Origin: an uncultured delta proteobacterium
GTDB taxonomy: Bacteria; Desulfobacterota; Binatia; Binatales; Binataceae
Reading direction: 5' to 3'
DNA length: 64,000 nucleotides
Assembly: GCA_963833025.1 (NCBI GenBank)
Contig: CAWHWI010000003.1
Span: 281,010-345,009 of the forward strand
Shown: in pieces, positions 18,040 to 27,808 of the stretch
Numbering within the stretch: position 1 is the first letter of the stretch
How the letters are laid out: each line of letters opens with the position of its first letter
Program-made: the position numbers and the translations under genes
Notes under the pieces: generated by a model
What the model saw: the letters and a program-made list of their open reading frames with translations, nothing else
Database searches by the model: none
What the model was told of the DNA's origin: nothing

Positions 18040-18843
18040 CTAATGAATGCTCAAATCCAATGAAAGCCGCGGCGCCTGCGGTTCATGCTGTCTGCTCGGC
18101 CCGACGACCGGGCGAACCGCCTTGCCGATTGAAGTGGTAATACACGCCACACTGGAGACCGCGCCGTCGCTGTCACGCATTGGGACAATTGTCATCGCCA
18201 CCGCGATTTCGACGCCGTCGCTGCGGACCTGGATTATCGGAAACCGGGGCGTGACTTCGCCGCTGAACGCCCGCACCAGCAGCCGCCGGATTTCGTCGCG
18301 CCGGCCCGCCGGCAGCAGGGTCTCGACGCTGCGGCCGACAATCTCGCGGTCGGCGTATCCGTACATCTGACGCGCCGCCGCGTTGATCGCCGCGATCGTT
18401 CCGGCGGCGTCCACGCAATGAACTCCTTCCGGAATCGAGTTGAAGATCATCGCCATCAGCGCGTGGGAATCTTCGCGCCGTTTGCTCTCCATCGCCGCGC
18501 CCGTCACCGACACCAGCTCGTCGAAACCTTCAGGCTTGAACAGGTAGTGAAACAATCCGTACTTGAACGCGCCCGCCACGACCTCTTCGCCGCCGTTGCC
18601 GGTCAGCATGATTACCCGCGTCCGCGGCCATCGCTCGCGCACCCGCTGAAGGACCGACAATCCGTCGCTCCAGCCCAGCCAGTAGTCGGTGATTACGACA
18701 TCGCAGGCTTCGCGCCTGAGATGCTCATTCAACCCAATCGGTTCGTCAGCCGCTAGAATCCGCGCGCTGGGGAATCCGTGCCGCAACCGGGCCTGGATAA
18801 CCATCCGATCCGTCGGGTTGTCTTCCACCAGCAACAAATCCAT
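18040..18843 (-). CDS. response regulator with C-terminal PAS domain (REC-PAS)
   Basis: Receiver domain (LLVEDNPTD…ITDYWL) followed by a PAS-like region (MAMIFNSIPEGVHCVDAAGTIAAINAAARQMYGY). Confidence 0.75.
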   Translation of the reverse strand: MDLLLVEDNPTDRMVIQARLRHGFPSARILAADEPIGLNEHLRREACDVVITDYWLGWSDGLSVLQRVRERWPRTRVIMLTGNGGEEVVAGAFKYGLFHYLFKPEGFDELVSVTGAAMESKRREDSHALMAMIFNSIPEGVHCVDAAGTIAAINAAARQMYGYADREIVGRSVETLLPAGRRDEIRRLLVRAFSGEVTPRFPIIQVRSDGVEIAVAMTIVPMRDSDGAVSSVACITTSIGKAVRPVVGPSRQHEPQAPRLSLDLSIH

Positions 18844-19068
18844 TCCAAAGAAATCCTCGCGCGGGCCATCGAGCCGCTGCGTTCAGAGGGGAGCAATCGC
18901 CATGCCGAAGAGCAAGCCCTCGATCGCCCAGACGAAACCGCAATGAGATGCTTGACAATCAGGATTCAAGAGCGACGACAATCGCGAATCGATCAATCGA
19001 AAGCTCAGCAACAAACCAATCCGCGTCCCGCAATGACACACTCCGAGCACAAGGCCTCGGCAGCTTTT

Positions 19069-19144
19069 CCTAGTACTGGGTGCAGGGGTCACCCCTGCCC
19101 AAGGAAGCGTGAAACCCAGGGACGGGTTTCACATTAAATTAAGT
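19069..19144. repeat. REP-like palindromic element, copy A (an inverted partner lies at 46746-46820)
   Basis: agtactgggtgcaggggtcacccctgcccaaggaagcgtgaaacccagggacgggtttcac plus the flank attaaattaagttc. It contains two internal hairpins. Confidence 0.6.
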
Positions 19145-19170
19145 TCTTCCCTCGAGGCCGACACCCCTGC

Positions 19171-19938
19171 CTAGCGCATCTTCTTCTGCATGGCCGGCTT
19201 CTTCGCTTTCGGCGGACGCCCGCGACGACGCTTCTCGACGCCCGTCGCTTCGAGCTCGTCCTCATCCGGCCCGAACGCACTGTCGACTTGCACATCGTCA
19301 TCGGCATTGCGGACCGGCTCGACATGTTCTTCGGCGTCATCCGGATTGCTGAGCTCTTCGGGTCCGGACCAGCGGCCGCCAAACGGCTTGGCCAATCCAC
19401 TTTGTCCGCTGCGAGCTTCGGTGTTCGCTTCGTTCTGGCAATCGACGCAAAACTGCGCGAACGGAATCACCTGGAGCCGCGCCAGCGGGATTTCATCGCC
19501 GCATCGCGCGCAGATTCCATAGACTCCCGCTCCCAGCCGCGCGATTGCGGCGTCGATCGCGCCGAGTCGTTCCTGCGCGCGGTCGAATAGCGCCGCATGC
19601 GTCTCCACTTCGGATAGCGATCGCGCCACGTCCATCTCATCAGCGGGCGGCTGCCCGCCGTTGCGAGCCTGCTCGCGCATCAATTCCTTCACCCGGGCGA
19701 GCGTCTCGGCGCGCTCTTTGGCCAGCATGCGCTTGAGCGCATCGATCCGTCGTCCGCCGGTGCTAACTGCGGCTTCCATCTTGCTCTTCTGCCTCTTGAC
19801 GGTTTTCGTCACGGTTTTCGTCGGTCGAGTTTTGGTTCGAGTTTTCATTTGTCGGGACCGTTCAGGTGCGTCGATCCGGTTTTTAATATCAGCATTGATC
19901 GTGCCTCGCGCCACACTAAGAAGATCGAACGAACACAA
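19171..19938 (-). CDS. DksA/TraR-family C4 zinc-finger protein with long basic N-terminal and acidic/AT-hook C-terminal extensions
   Basis: The core is CARCGDEIPLARLQVIPFAQFCVDCQ, which is the DksA/TraR zinc finger. The N-terminus is KTRTKTRPTKTVTKTVKRQK. The C-terminus is acidic and ends in RRGRPPKAKK (AT-hook-like). The true start may be an internal Met. Confidence 0.7.
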   Translation of the reverse strand: MCSFDLLSVARGTINADIKNRIDAPERSRQMKTRTKTRPTKTVTKTVKRQKSKMEAAVSTGGRRIDALKRMLAKERAETLARVKELMREQARNGGQPPADEMDVARSLSEVETHAALFDRAQERLGAIDAAIARLGAGVYGICARCGDEIPLARLQVIPFAQFCVDCQNEANTEARSGQSGLAKPFGGRWSGPEELSNPDDAEEHVEPVRNADDDVQVDSAFGPDEDELEATGVEKRRRGRPPKAKKPAMQKKMR

Positions 19939-20280
19939 TACTCTTGCTCAGGACAAGTCGAGTCCAGTAGTTCCATATACGGAAATTGTTTCAAATCGGT
20001 TGCTTGATCGGGCTTGCGCTCCCCGGACCGCGGCAGTGTAGCCGGATCGCGCGGTACACGCGAGAGCCTTTTTTAAGTTTAATCCCGGCCCCCGACGAAG
20101 TCAGATTGCACAGACGACAATCGCGATGATGCCGCATAATTGAGCAGCATCCAGCGTCGTCGGCTCGGGAAAGCCTCTGAATTCCTCGATTTATTAGCTT
20201 AACATGCCGGTAGCCGAGTTGGCACAGACCATGCTGACCAAGCAGGTTCCTAAATTCGGCTCAAGGAGGGTCCCGGGAGC

Positions 20281-20814
20281 ATGTCTACAGCTGTGTCAGA
20301 ACAGGTTCTTCAATACGGACCTTCGAATCAGAACCGGGTGATCGACGCATGCGCCGGGCCAGATCCGTGGCTGAGCGCGCGTTTCGAGCCGGATTTTCTG
20401 GTGCCCGTTCAGTTTTTCGATTTGACCCGGCGGCGCTCGATGCTCGACGGCGAGACGCGGCTGGTCTTCGCAGTCCTCGAAGACGCCGTGCGATGCTACG
20501 TGAAGACGATCAACTCGGCGCGCCGATCCGACCGCGACCAATTCGACGAAGTTCAGCGATGGTTCCGCGCCGAATCGGGCATCCACAGTCCATTCTCATT
20601 TGAATACGTATGCGACGTGCTGGGAATCGAGCCGGAGGCGTTGCGCTCGCGGCTCGGATTGTTGAGCGTCCACGATCTGCCGACCAAGCAGATGCGCTCG
20701 GTGGGCCGCAGGCAAGTCGTGCGCGCCGGCCGCTCGTCGCGCAAACGATCGAACGGCGGCGATCCCGGCTCGTCCGCTCGAGGGGCAGGAATGAGAGAAG
20801 GGGCTGGCGCTTAA
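20281..20814 (+). CDS. hypothetical protein
   Basis: 177 aa ORF preceded by a 340-bp AT-richer intergenic region. I recognise no domain. Confidence 0.4.
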   Translation: MSTAVSEQVLQYGPSNQNRVIDACAGPDPWLSARFEPDFLVPVQFFDLTRRRSMLDGETRLVFAVLEDAVRCYVKTINSARRSDRDQFDEVQRWFRAESGIHSPFSFEYVCDVLGIEPEALRSRLGLLSVHDLPTKQMRSVGRRQVVRAGRSSRKRSNGGDPGSSARGAGMREGAGA

Positions 20815-20926
20815 AAGACTCACAAACCCTGGAAAACTGAAAATGGGTCGCCGCCTGATCTTCCCGCTCGCCCGGCACTAATACTATCGTGGTGCGCGGC
20901 CGCGATGACGTGCCGTTGCGACGACG

Positions 20927-21544
20927 ATGACCAATCCGCTGGGAAGATTCGAATTCCGCGTCTGGGGAAATCAGCTTGGCCCGTTTCGAGATCGGCTGGC
21001 GGCGATCGCGGCGCCGTCCGAGCCGCGCGAAGGTGCGGACACCTACATTCTCTCGCGCACCACTGACGCCGCCAACGTGAAGATTCGCGCCGGTCTGCTC
21101 GAGATCAAGCTGATGTTCGAGCAGGTCGGCCGCCTCGAGCGATGGCGTCCCGCGCTCAAGAGCGAGTTTCCGCTCGACTCGCGCACGATCGCCGTGCAGG
21201 TGTTCCCGCATCTGACTGTCGCGACTCCGCATATCGCTCAGCCGACCTACGCGCTCGGCGAGTTTATCCACGACCTGGTGCGGCCGCATCCCGACCTCGC
21301 GGTCGTGGACGTCGTGAAGACGCGTTGGCGGTTCACGTCGGAAAAGTACACCGCCGAATTCGCCGAAGTTGGAATCGCCGGCGGCGCTACCTCCGAAACC
21401 GTTGCCATCGAATCCGAAGACCCGGCCGCAGTCCTTCGCACGATTGCAAGGCTTGGCCTGAACTCGCATGCGAACATAAACTATGTTCGTCATCTGAAGC
21501 TGATGACTGGAATGACGCCGCGCGCCGGCGCCTCGGCAAACTAG
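20927..21544 (+). CDS. hypothetical protein, possibly a divergent CYTH-like domain
   Basis: 205 aa with an alternating beta-strand pattern (EFRVW…VKIRAGLLEIK…TRWRFTSEKYTAEFAEV…ETVAIESED). It is adjacent to a clear CYTH gene. The CYTH assignment is speculative. Confidence 0.45.
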   Translation: MTNPLGRFEFRVWGNQLGPFRDRLAAIAAPSEPREGADTYILSRTTDAANVKIRAGLLEIKLMFEQVGRLERWRPALKSEFPLDSRTIAVQVFPHLTVATPHIAQPTYALGEFIHDLVRPHPDLAVVDVVKTRWRFTSEKYTAEFAEVGIAGGATSETVAIESEDPAAVLRTIARLGLNSHANINYVRHLKLMTGMTPRAGASAN

Positions 21545-21595
21545 TGCGCGAACCGTCGGCGACGCTCGGAGATCGCCAACCGTCCGCCGTGGACA

Positions 21596-22072
21596 GTGAA
21601 AGACATGGCGAAGGAAATCGAACGCAGATTCCTGGTTCGTTCGCGCAAATGGAGCGATCTCGGCGACGGCCTCGCCATTCGCCAGGGCTACCTGTCAGCT
21701 TCGAAGCATAACTCAGTCCGCGTGCGCACATACGGAGACCGCGCGTTCGTGACGATGAAGGGCGCCACGTCGGGAATCACGCGCGACGAATTCGAGTACG
21801 AGATCCCGCTTGCCGATGCGAACGAGATTATGGGCAAATTGTGCGAGCACCCGCCCGTCGAAAAAACCCGCTATCGAATCGTGTTCAAGGGCCATACCTG
21901 GGAGGTCGACGAATTCGGCGGCGCGAATCGCGGCCTGACTCTCGCCGAAGTCGAGCTCAAGGAACCCAAGGAACAGGTCGAACTTCCCGACTGGATCGAC
22001 CGCGAAGTGAGCGATGACCCGCGCTACTACAGTTCGAACCTGTCGATCAAACCATTCTCAACCTGGAAATGA
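21596..22072 (+). CDS. CYTH-domain protein (CyaB/ThTPase family)
   Basis: Has the EIERRFLV N-terminal motif and …VRVRTYGDRAFVTMKG…WEVDEFGGANRGLTLAEVEL. Confidence 0.75.
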   Translation: MKDMAKEIERRFLVRSRKWSDLGDGLAIRQGYLSASKHNSVRVRTYGDRAFVTMKGATSGITRDEFEYEIPLADANEIMGKLCEHPPVEKTRYRIVFKGHTWEVDEFGGANRGLTLAEVELKEPKEQVELPDWIDREVSDDPRYYSSNLSIKPFSTWK

Positions 22073-22108
22073 CTGGCCGCCCAATGCTGCGGCGAGGAGT
22101 GCCATTCA

Positions 22109-22669
22109 GTGAAAGTCGCTGACTTGATGACGCGCGAAGTGCGAGCGTGCACGATTCATGATTCGTTGAACGCGGCCGCCCGCATAATGTGGGATCACGA
22201 TTGCGGATCCGCGCCGGTCGTCGACGCACACGGCAGGCTCGCCGGAATCCTCACCGATCGCGACATCGCCATGGCCGCGTACACGCAAGGCCTGCCGCTC
22301 GCGGCGATACCCGTCGAGCGCGTGATGGCGCGGCAGGTGATTACTTGTGCGCGCGGCGACGACGTGGAAAAGGCGCATCGCCTGATGCGTACGCACGAGA
22401 TCCACCGTCTCCCGGTGGTGGACTCGCGCGGCCGGCTGCTCGGAATTTTATCTTTGAGCGATTTTGTCGTCCGCGGAGATCGCGCCGAGCCGCCACAAGC
22501 GGTCGAACTCGCGGAGACTCTTTCGGCGATTCGCCGGCGGCGCGTGCCCGCGGTCGCCGTTGCGTCGGCTTCATCTAACAATGGAGATGAGCCGCAATCG
22601 CCCGAATCGACGAAGGCGCCGAAGAAGATGGCCACGCGAAGAAGGAAACCATCCGCCGACCGCCCCTGA
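22109..22669 (+). CDS. CBS-domain pair protein
   Basis: Two CBS repeats are present (VADLMTREVRACTIHDSLNAAARIM…PVVD; VERVMARQVITCARGDDVEKAHRLM…LPVVD). Confidence 0.75.
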   Translation: MKVADLMTREVRACTIHDSLNAAARIMWDHDCGSAPVVDAHGRLAGILTDRDIAMAAYTQGLPLAAIPVERVMARQVITCARGDDVEKAHRLMRTHEIHRLPVVDSRGRLLGILSLSDFVVRGDRAEPPQAVELAETLSAIRRRRVPAVAVASASSNNGDEPQSPESTKAPKKMATRRRKPSADRP

Positions 22670-22755
22670 AGTTTTTTTAGAGTCACCGGACCCGATGTTG
22701 TTATTCGGCACGGGATCCGCCCGTTGCCGCAAACGAATACGAAAGGAGTTCGTCT

Positions 22756-23484
22756 ATGCCGAACGAACCCAGGACAGTCATCGTAACCGGTGCTTCGCAG
22801 GGCATCGGAGCGGGCCTGGTGAAGACGTTTCTGGAGCGAGGCTACTCCGTCGTCGCGACGTCCCGCGACATGATCAAATCCGGCGCATTCGTACCGTCGG
22901 ATAAGCTGGCGCTGGTCGACGGAGATATTGGCGCGAGTGCAACAGCGGCAAGGATCGTCGAAGTTGCGACGAGCAAATTCAGGTCGATCGATGCACTTGT
23001 CAACAACGCGGGTATCTTCTTCGCCAAACGTTTCACGGACTACACGGCCGACGACTTCAGATCGCTCGCTTCCACCAACCTGGAAGGCTTCATCTACATC
23101 ACTCAGCTCGCGATTAAACAAATGGTGGCGCAGAAAACTGGTGGAAGCATCGTCAGCATAACGACCACACTGGCCGACCATCCGATCGCCGGCGTGAATG
23201 CTTCGGTCCCGATGATCACCAAGGGCGGGATCCAGGCCATCACGCGAAGCCTCGCGATGGAATATGCAAAGGATGGCATCCGCGTGAACGCGGTCGCGCC
23301 AGGCGTCGTCAACACTCCGATGCATGAGAACGATCCCAAGGATGTTCTAAAGGCTTTGTCGCCGCTCGCACGCATCGTCGACGTCCAGGATATCGTCGAT
23401 GCGGTGCTCTATCTCACCGAGGCTCGCCTTGTAACTGGGGAAGTGCTCCACGTCGATGGTGGCGCACATGTGGGAAAATGGTAG
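22756..23484 (+). CDS. SDR family NAD(P)-dependent oxidoreductase
   Basis: Has TGASQGIGAG, NNAG and YxxxK motifs. Confidence 0.85.
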   Translation: MPNEPRTVIVTGASQGIGAGLVKTFLERGYSVVATSRDMIKSGAFVPSDKLALVDGDIGASATAARIVEVATSKFRSIDALVNNAGIFFAKRFTDYTADDFRSLASTNLEGFIYITQLAIKQMVAQKTGGSIVSITTTLADHPIAGVNASVPMITKGGIQAITRSLAMEYAKDGIRVNAVAPGVVNTPMHENDPKDVLKALSPLARIVDVQDIVDAVLYLTEARLVTGEVLHVDGGAHVGKW

Positions 23485-23511
23485 TTCAGAAAATCCAACA
23501 GTGAGGTTCCG

Positions 23512-23838
23512 ATGCTATACGAACTGCGAATTTATCATTGTATGCCGGGTAAGTTGCCCGCTCTCGTGACGCGTTTCGAGACCGCGACCGTCAAATTGTT
23601 CGAGAAGCATGGCATCCAGCCAGTTGGCTTCTGGACGGTAGTAATCGGCGAATCGAACGCGGACCTCTACTACATTCTGAAGTGGGACTCGCTGGATGAG
23701 CGCCAGAAGAAATTCGCGGCATTTCAGGCGGATCCGGACTGGATCGCGGCCCGCAATAAGAGCGAGGAAGGCGGCCCACTAATCGCATCGTTCAGCAATT
23801 CGATCCTGACGCCGACCAAGTTTTCCGCGCTGAAATAG
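23512..23838 (+). CDS. NIPSNAP family protein
   Basis: 108 aa of the type MLYELRIYHCMPGKLPALVTRFE…. Confidence 0.7.
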   Translation: MLYELRIYHCMPGKLPALVTRFETATVKLFEKHGIQPVGFWTVVIGESNADLYYILKWDSLDERQKKFAAFQADPDWIAARNKSEEGGPLIASFSNSILTPTKFSALK

Positions 23839-24017
23839 GCTCAACGAACCCACCTCTGAGCGGCTATGCCGTCCCCAAAAAAGGGGGCGGCATCGCCGTG
23901 TCATATCTCTGAGCATGGGGCAGCGGACGGCTTGCCACACCATCGCTTGCGATAAAACCAGTATTGTGACTAAAACAGGTCTCCGCTCGGTAAATTTCTA
24001 ACAAAACTGGTGTAGCA

Positions 24018-24341
24018 ATGAAGAACTTTCTTACAATTGTCTCGATGGCGTTGCTCCTGGTTACGGCCGCCGCCGTATCCGCGTATTGCGGCAACGCGCC
24101 TTCGACCGCCAGCAACCAGACCGGCGACATTCAAACACCTCCCGGCGGCCTGCTTGCGGCTGAACTCGCTGCTCAAGATTCCCAAGGTGGCGCCAGCAAT
24201 AGCAATAGTCTGGAGGGAAGCGCCGAAAATACAATTGGCACTCCTCCTCTTGGCACCCCTGGTACCGGCGACCCCGTTCCCGGCTGTAAAAACGGCATGG
24301 CCGTCGGGAACAAGCACTGTGTCTCCACCCCCTCGGAATGA
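24018..24341 (+). CDS. small secreted protein / possible lipoprotein
   Basis: Has a signal peptide with Cys (AAVSAYCGN) and a low-complexity Gly/Pro/Thr body. Confidence 0.45.
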   Translation: MKNFLTIVSMALLLVTAAAVSAYCGNAPSTASNQTGDIQTPPGGLLAAELAAQDSQGGASNSNSLEGSAENTIGTPPLGTPGTGDPVPGCKNGMAVGNKHCVSTPSE

Positions 24342-24457
24342 GTTTCTCACATTAGGAGTCAGCGCGACCGATTGTCAGCTTGAAGCACGGCTTCAACCAC
24401 AATCGGTGGACTAGCGTTCCGTCGTGGTGACCCGTAACATTCCTGTTCCGCTATGTC

Positions 24458-24490
24458 TTTGGTGGGCCGTTGGAGACTCGAACTCCAGAT
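24458..24490. repeat. 33-bp direct repeat of the 3' end of tRNA-Lys(CTT); putative att scar
   Basis: ctttggtgggccgttggagactcgaactccaga at 24458-24490 is identical to 25991-26023. The latter covers the T arm, acceptor 3' strand and 3 nt of 3' flank of the tRNA at 25994-26070. Confidence 0.7.
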
Positions 24491-24513
24491 CCGCGTGATC
24501 CGCCCACACACGT

Positions 24514-25974
24514 CTACGGCGTGGCTGAGCTTGCCCTCTTCACCAGCGGCGGCGACCACGTACCGTCAAGGATCGAAGGTGGCGTCTCCTTCGGCCAGTA
24601 CATCCGCATCATCAGGATGAACTGGCCGGCGGGCGCCGGCAGCCAATTTGCCCGTGGAGCATTCGCTGGCTTTTTGTGCGCGAAGTAGAGATCAAGCGAC
24701 CCATCGGAATTGAATTTCGGATGGTCGCGCAGACTTACCGTGAGCTTATTGAGCGGGTTCGGATAGAAGTAGTACTCGCTATCGTACATCGTGACAGACC
24801 AGAAGCCGTCGACCGGTGGCGATTCATCCTTGGCGAAATGGACGACGTAGGTATTCGTCCCAACCAGCGTTGCGCCATCGGAGTCTGCTTTTGTACTTGG
24901 ATAGACAGCGTCCTTTGACAGGTTTGCGCCCCAGCCATAAGCGGAAACCCCGGCGCGCCAAAGGTAATTCGTGCCATATGCGCCGGTACCGGTGGTGACC
25001 AACCAGCCGTTGACAGTCTTGCCGCCTTTCTTTTGCTGTTCAGCGATCTGATCGTAAGCGGTTTTCCCGACATCGGCCAAGGCCTTTTGCACCTCCGTGG
25101 AGAGCTTGCTCAGATCGAAAGTCTGCCCCGGAACGAGGCCAATCTTCGCCATCTCCGCGACGATAGGCGCGTCTTCAGGTAAAACCGGCGGATTGAGAGC
25201 CATGGATTTGGCCATCCTGCTGAAATACGTCTGCGTGTCCATCGCGCTGATGAGGTTCCGAACGATGTCTTTCACGCTCGGCGCTTTCGGATCAATCGTT
25301 CCGGCGGGCGGGCTGTAAGGCTTGCCATGAGAACTCAGCGGGACGAGCTTAAAATCTTTCTGTAATGCGTTCACCGCGGCATAGTCCTTCGCGGTAGCTT
25401 CTGCGTAGACGCGTGCAATAATGAAAACTGAACCGGTCGGAGATTTGACTTGCTGGGTGATCCCCTGCGGCAAGGTTCCCTCCCATGTAGGTCCGGTAAT
25501 GGCGATGGTCTGAGGACCTGTACCAAGTGTTCGTTTGCCCGGCGCGCCGATCACATTGGTCCACTCGGAGTATATGGGAAAAAGAAAGTACCGGCCGTGC
25601 ATGTCGGGGTAGGAAAGTATGATCGGTTCTTTCGACACGTCGATGAATGCGCCGGAGTAGAGCGTGTCAGCGTTCGGAGCCGTAACACCATGATAATCCG
25701 CCGGCGGGTACTTCGGCAGACTAACGAACTGGTTCAACGGTGCCTGGAAGGTTCGTGGGGAGGGAGCCTTGACGTTGATGAACGCTGCACCTGTGACGTC
25801 GCTAGTGATCAACGAGTAGCCATATATGTATGCGTCCACCCCGATCTTCTGTGCCTCTTGCGGCGTCAGGCCATCCGCCACGGCCCGCATGGCGGTGAAC
25901 CCGATCAATGCAGCCACCGCGACAGATATCAGTAGGTGAGTCCGAATGTCCCTCAAGCGCTCTGGACTCCTCAT
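24514..25974 (-). CDS. DUF1254/DUF1214 domain protein (secreted)
   Basis: The listed ORF begins at 26052, but its first 26 codons are the translation of tRNA-Lys on the same strand. The start is therefore trimmed to MRSPERL… It has a signal peptide and the motifs YLWRAGVSAYGWGAN… and VDGFWSVTMYD that I associate with the DUF1254/DUF1214 pair. Confidence 0.7.
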   Translation of the reverse strand: MRSPERLRDIRTHLLISVAVAALIGFTAMRAVADGLTPQEAQKIGVDAYIYGYSLITSDVTGAAFINVKAPSPRTFQAPLNQFVSLPKYPPADYHGVTAPNADTLYSGAFIDVSKEPIILSYPDMHGRYFLFPIYSEWTNVIGAPGKRTLGTGPQTIAITGPTWEGTLPQGITQQVKSPTGSVFIIARVYAEATAKDYAAVNALQKDFKLVPLSSHGKPYSPPAGTIDPKAPSVKDIVRNLISAMDTQTYFSRMAKSMALNPPVLPEDAPIVAEMAKIGLVPGQTFDLSKLSTEVQKALADVGKTAYDQIAEQQKKGGKTVNGWLVTTGTGAYGTNYLWRAGVSAYGWGANLSKDAVYPSTKADSDGATLVGTNTYVVHFAKDESPPVDGFWSVTMYDSEYYFYPNPLNKLTVSLRDHPKFNSDGSLDLYFAHKKPANAPRANWLPAPAGQFILMMRMYWPKETPPSILDGTWSPPLVKRASSATP

Positions 25975-25993
25975 GCGAACCCTCCGAACTTTG

Positions 25994-26070
<77 letters not shown>

Positions 26071-26100
26071 GTCGAAACTTGCTTACGTAGCAGGATGTTT

Positions 26101-26176
26101 GGGGTGAGTGAAGGGATTTGAACCCTCGACCGCCGGAGCCACAATCCGATGCTCTGCCAACTGAGCTACACTCACC
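26101..26176 (-). tRNA. tRNA-His (anticodon GTG) with G-1
   Basis: G-GTGAGTG…TTGTGGC anticodon loop…GGTTCAAATCC…CACTCAC-C-CC. The extra 5' G is pathognomonic for tRNA-His. Confidence 0.85.
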
Positions 26177-26237
26177 ACCTTCGATCTATTCTATCAACCC
26201 GGCGCCTCGCGAGCCGCCGATCTCACAATTCGCCTCC

Positions 26238-26315
<78 letters not shown>

Positions 26316-26318
26316 GAA

Positions 26319-26392
26319 TCGGGGCGAGCCGATTTGAACGGCCGACCCCCTGCTCCCAAGGCAGGTGCGCTACCAAGCTGCGCTACGCCCCG
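26319..26392 (-). tRNA. tRNA-Pro (anticodon TGG)
   Basis: CGGGGCGTAGCGCAGCTTGGTAGCGCACCTGCCTTGGGAGCAGGGGGTCGGCCGTTCAAATCGGCTCGCCCCGA. It lies 3 nt upstream of tRNA-Arg(TCT). The operon order is Pro-Arg-His-Lys. Confidence 0.85.
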
Positions 26393-26878
26393 AGCCCTTA
26401 GGAAGTAACACACCGACGATCGGCTCTCAACCAAGGTTCCTCTGCGCATCGATTTTTACTCAACAAATGTTTTCATGCGACCGAGCGCGATCCACGCCAT
26501 CGTTGTGTATGACGGCGTCGTCGAGTGGAAGCGCGAACTGTCGAAACAAATTCGGCGGGGCATGAGCATCATCGTATTCAACCCATGATCAGGGCTGCGC
26601 AGTGCAGTCAGGTCGGAGCACCCCGCAGAACGCATCGTTGAGATGCGAACATTATAAGGTCGCATCTGGCGGAGCGGTCGCAACTTGCAAAACTCTCGAA
26701 TTTCGCGGGAAAGTGGCCGAATTCGAGACTTTCACGTGTCCCGCGTCGCAGAAAGAGAAAAAAATTTGATGGCGATTCCTTGAATTCGCTTCGGTTTTCC
26801 GAAGGCACGATGCTTGCTTCTCTTCCTCTTGCGCTGACAATCTCCTCCCCCGAGACAACAGCGTCTGTCCCCAAGCAA

Positions 26879-26947
26879 AGGCCGGGCTACTTGAACCGTC
26901 GGCTCCCCACCACGGTCCCCACTCGTAGCCCGGCCGTTCTTTTTTCA
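26879..26947 (+). terminator. orphan plus-strand rho-independent-type terminator in a 700-bp non-coding region
   Basis: Stem ggccgggctac…gtagcccggcc with a structured 33-nt loop, followed by GTTCTTTTTT. There is no plus-strand CDS within 2.5 kb upstream. Confidence 0.4.
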
Positions 26948-27091
26948 CCAAATCAACCTGCGTCGAATTTTCCCGCGAGGGCATTTTGTATCGCGCGATT
27001 TCTGCTAGGCTAATCGGAACCGAATCGCGGCGTCGATGCTTGAGGCGTTCATCGGCGCGCTGACGATTCGGCCGGGGGTCATATCGATCGC

Positions 27092-27808
27092 TTGAGGCGA
27101 CATTTTTGCGCATCGGTGGTCGCGATATTCGCGTCCGCGGTTACGTTTGCGATCAGCGGATGCTGGATGGCGGCGGCTCAACTCGCGCCGATCGCCGAGA
27201 GCGCGGCGGAGTATGTCGGCGAGGGAGCCGTCGAGCTGACGGCAGGTGTTGGCGCGTCCAGGAACCAGGACGCCAATATCGTGAAAAGAGTAGAAGAGGG
27301 TCGCGAAAGTTCAATGAACAGCGGCGATACCTGTGAACAGCTCGACGTCGAAATTCCAGGTGTGATCGAGTTGCGCAGAAGTGCCGCCGGCGCGCCCGAA
27401 TATCGCGAGCTGCAGGTGACCGATGCGCTCGACGAGCGGCAATGGGCACCGATAGCGGAAAATGGAACGACCGCCGACGGTTGGCGTCCTGCGGTCAATT
27501 TTCTTCAGATGAACTTCTCGCCGCCGCTGGGCGCGGTGGTGCCCGAGACGGCAAGCAGGTTTCTGGCGTACACGCCCTCGAAATTCGTCACGGCGGCCGA
27601 CGGCGATCGGCTCACCGCGATGACTTCGAATTTCGGCAAGCCGCTCGGGACGTTCACCTGGAACGGCAACTATTATCACTACGTGGTGACCAGTACCCTG
27701 CCATGCTTTCCGCCTCCCTCCGAGCGGATCGCAGCGGATATCGCTCCCCGACCGGGTCTCTCAGATCACTTTGCTTTTTCGGTCGCGGGTAGCGAAACGC
27801 GTCCATAG
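27092..27808 (+). CDS. hypothetical lipoprotein
   Basis: Signal peptide with lipobox (AISGC). I recognise no domain. Confidence 0.5.
   Translation: MRRHFCASVVAIFASAVTFAISGCWMAAAQLAPIAESAAEYVGEGAVELTAGVGASRNQDANIVKRVEEGRESSMNSGDTCEQLDVEIPGVIELRRSAAGAPEYRELQVTDALDERQWAPIAENGTTADGWRPAVNFLQMNFSPPLGAVVPETASRFLAYTPSKFVTAADGDRLTAMTSNFGKPLGTFTWNGNYYHYVVTSTLPCFPPPSERIAADIAPRPGLSDHFAFSVAGSETRP

Noticed and set aside
22195-23325. 376-aa minus-strand ORF
   Set aside because: It is antisense to the CBS and SDR genes, which have clear motifs.
23907-23932. Hairpin gccgtcccc-aaaaaa-gggggcggc as a terminator after the NIPSNAP gene
   Set aside because: The A/T run is in the loop, not 3' of the stem, so it does not fit an intrinsic terminator on either strand.
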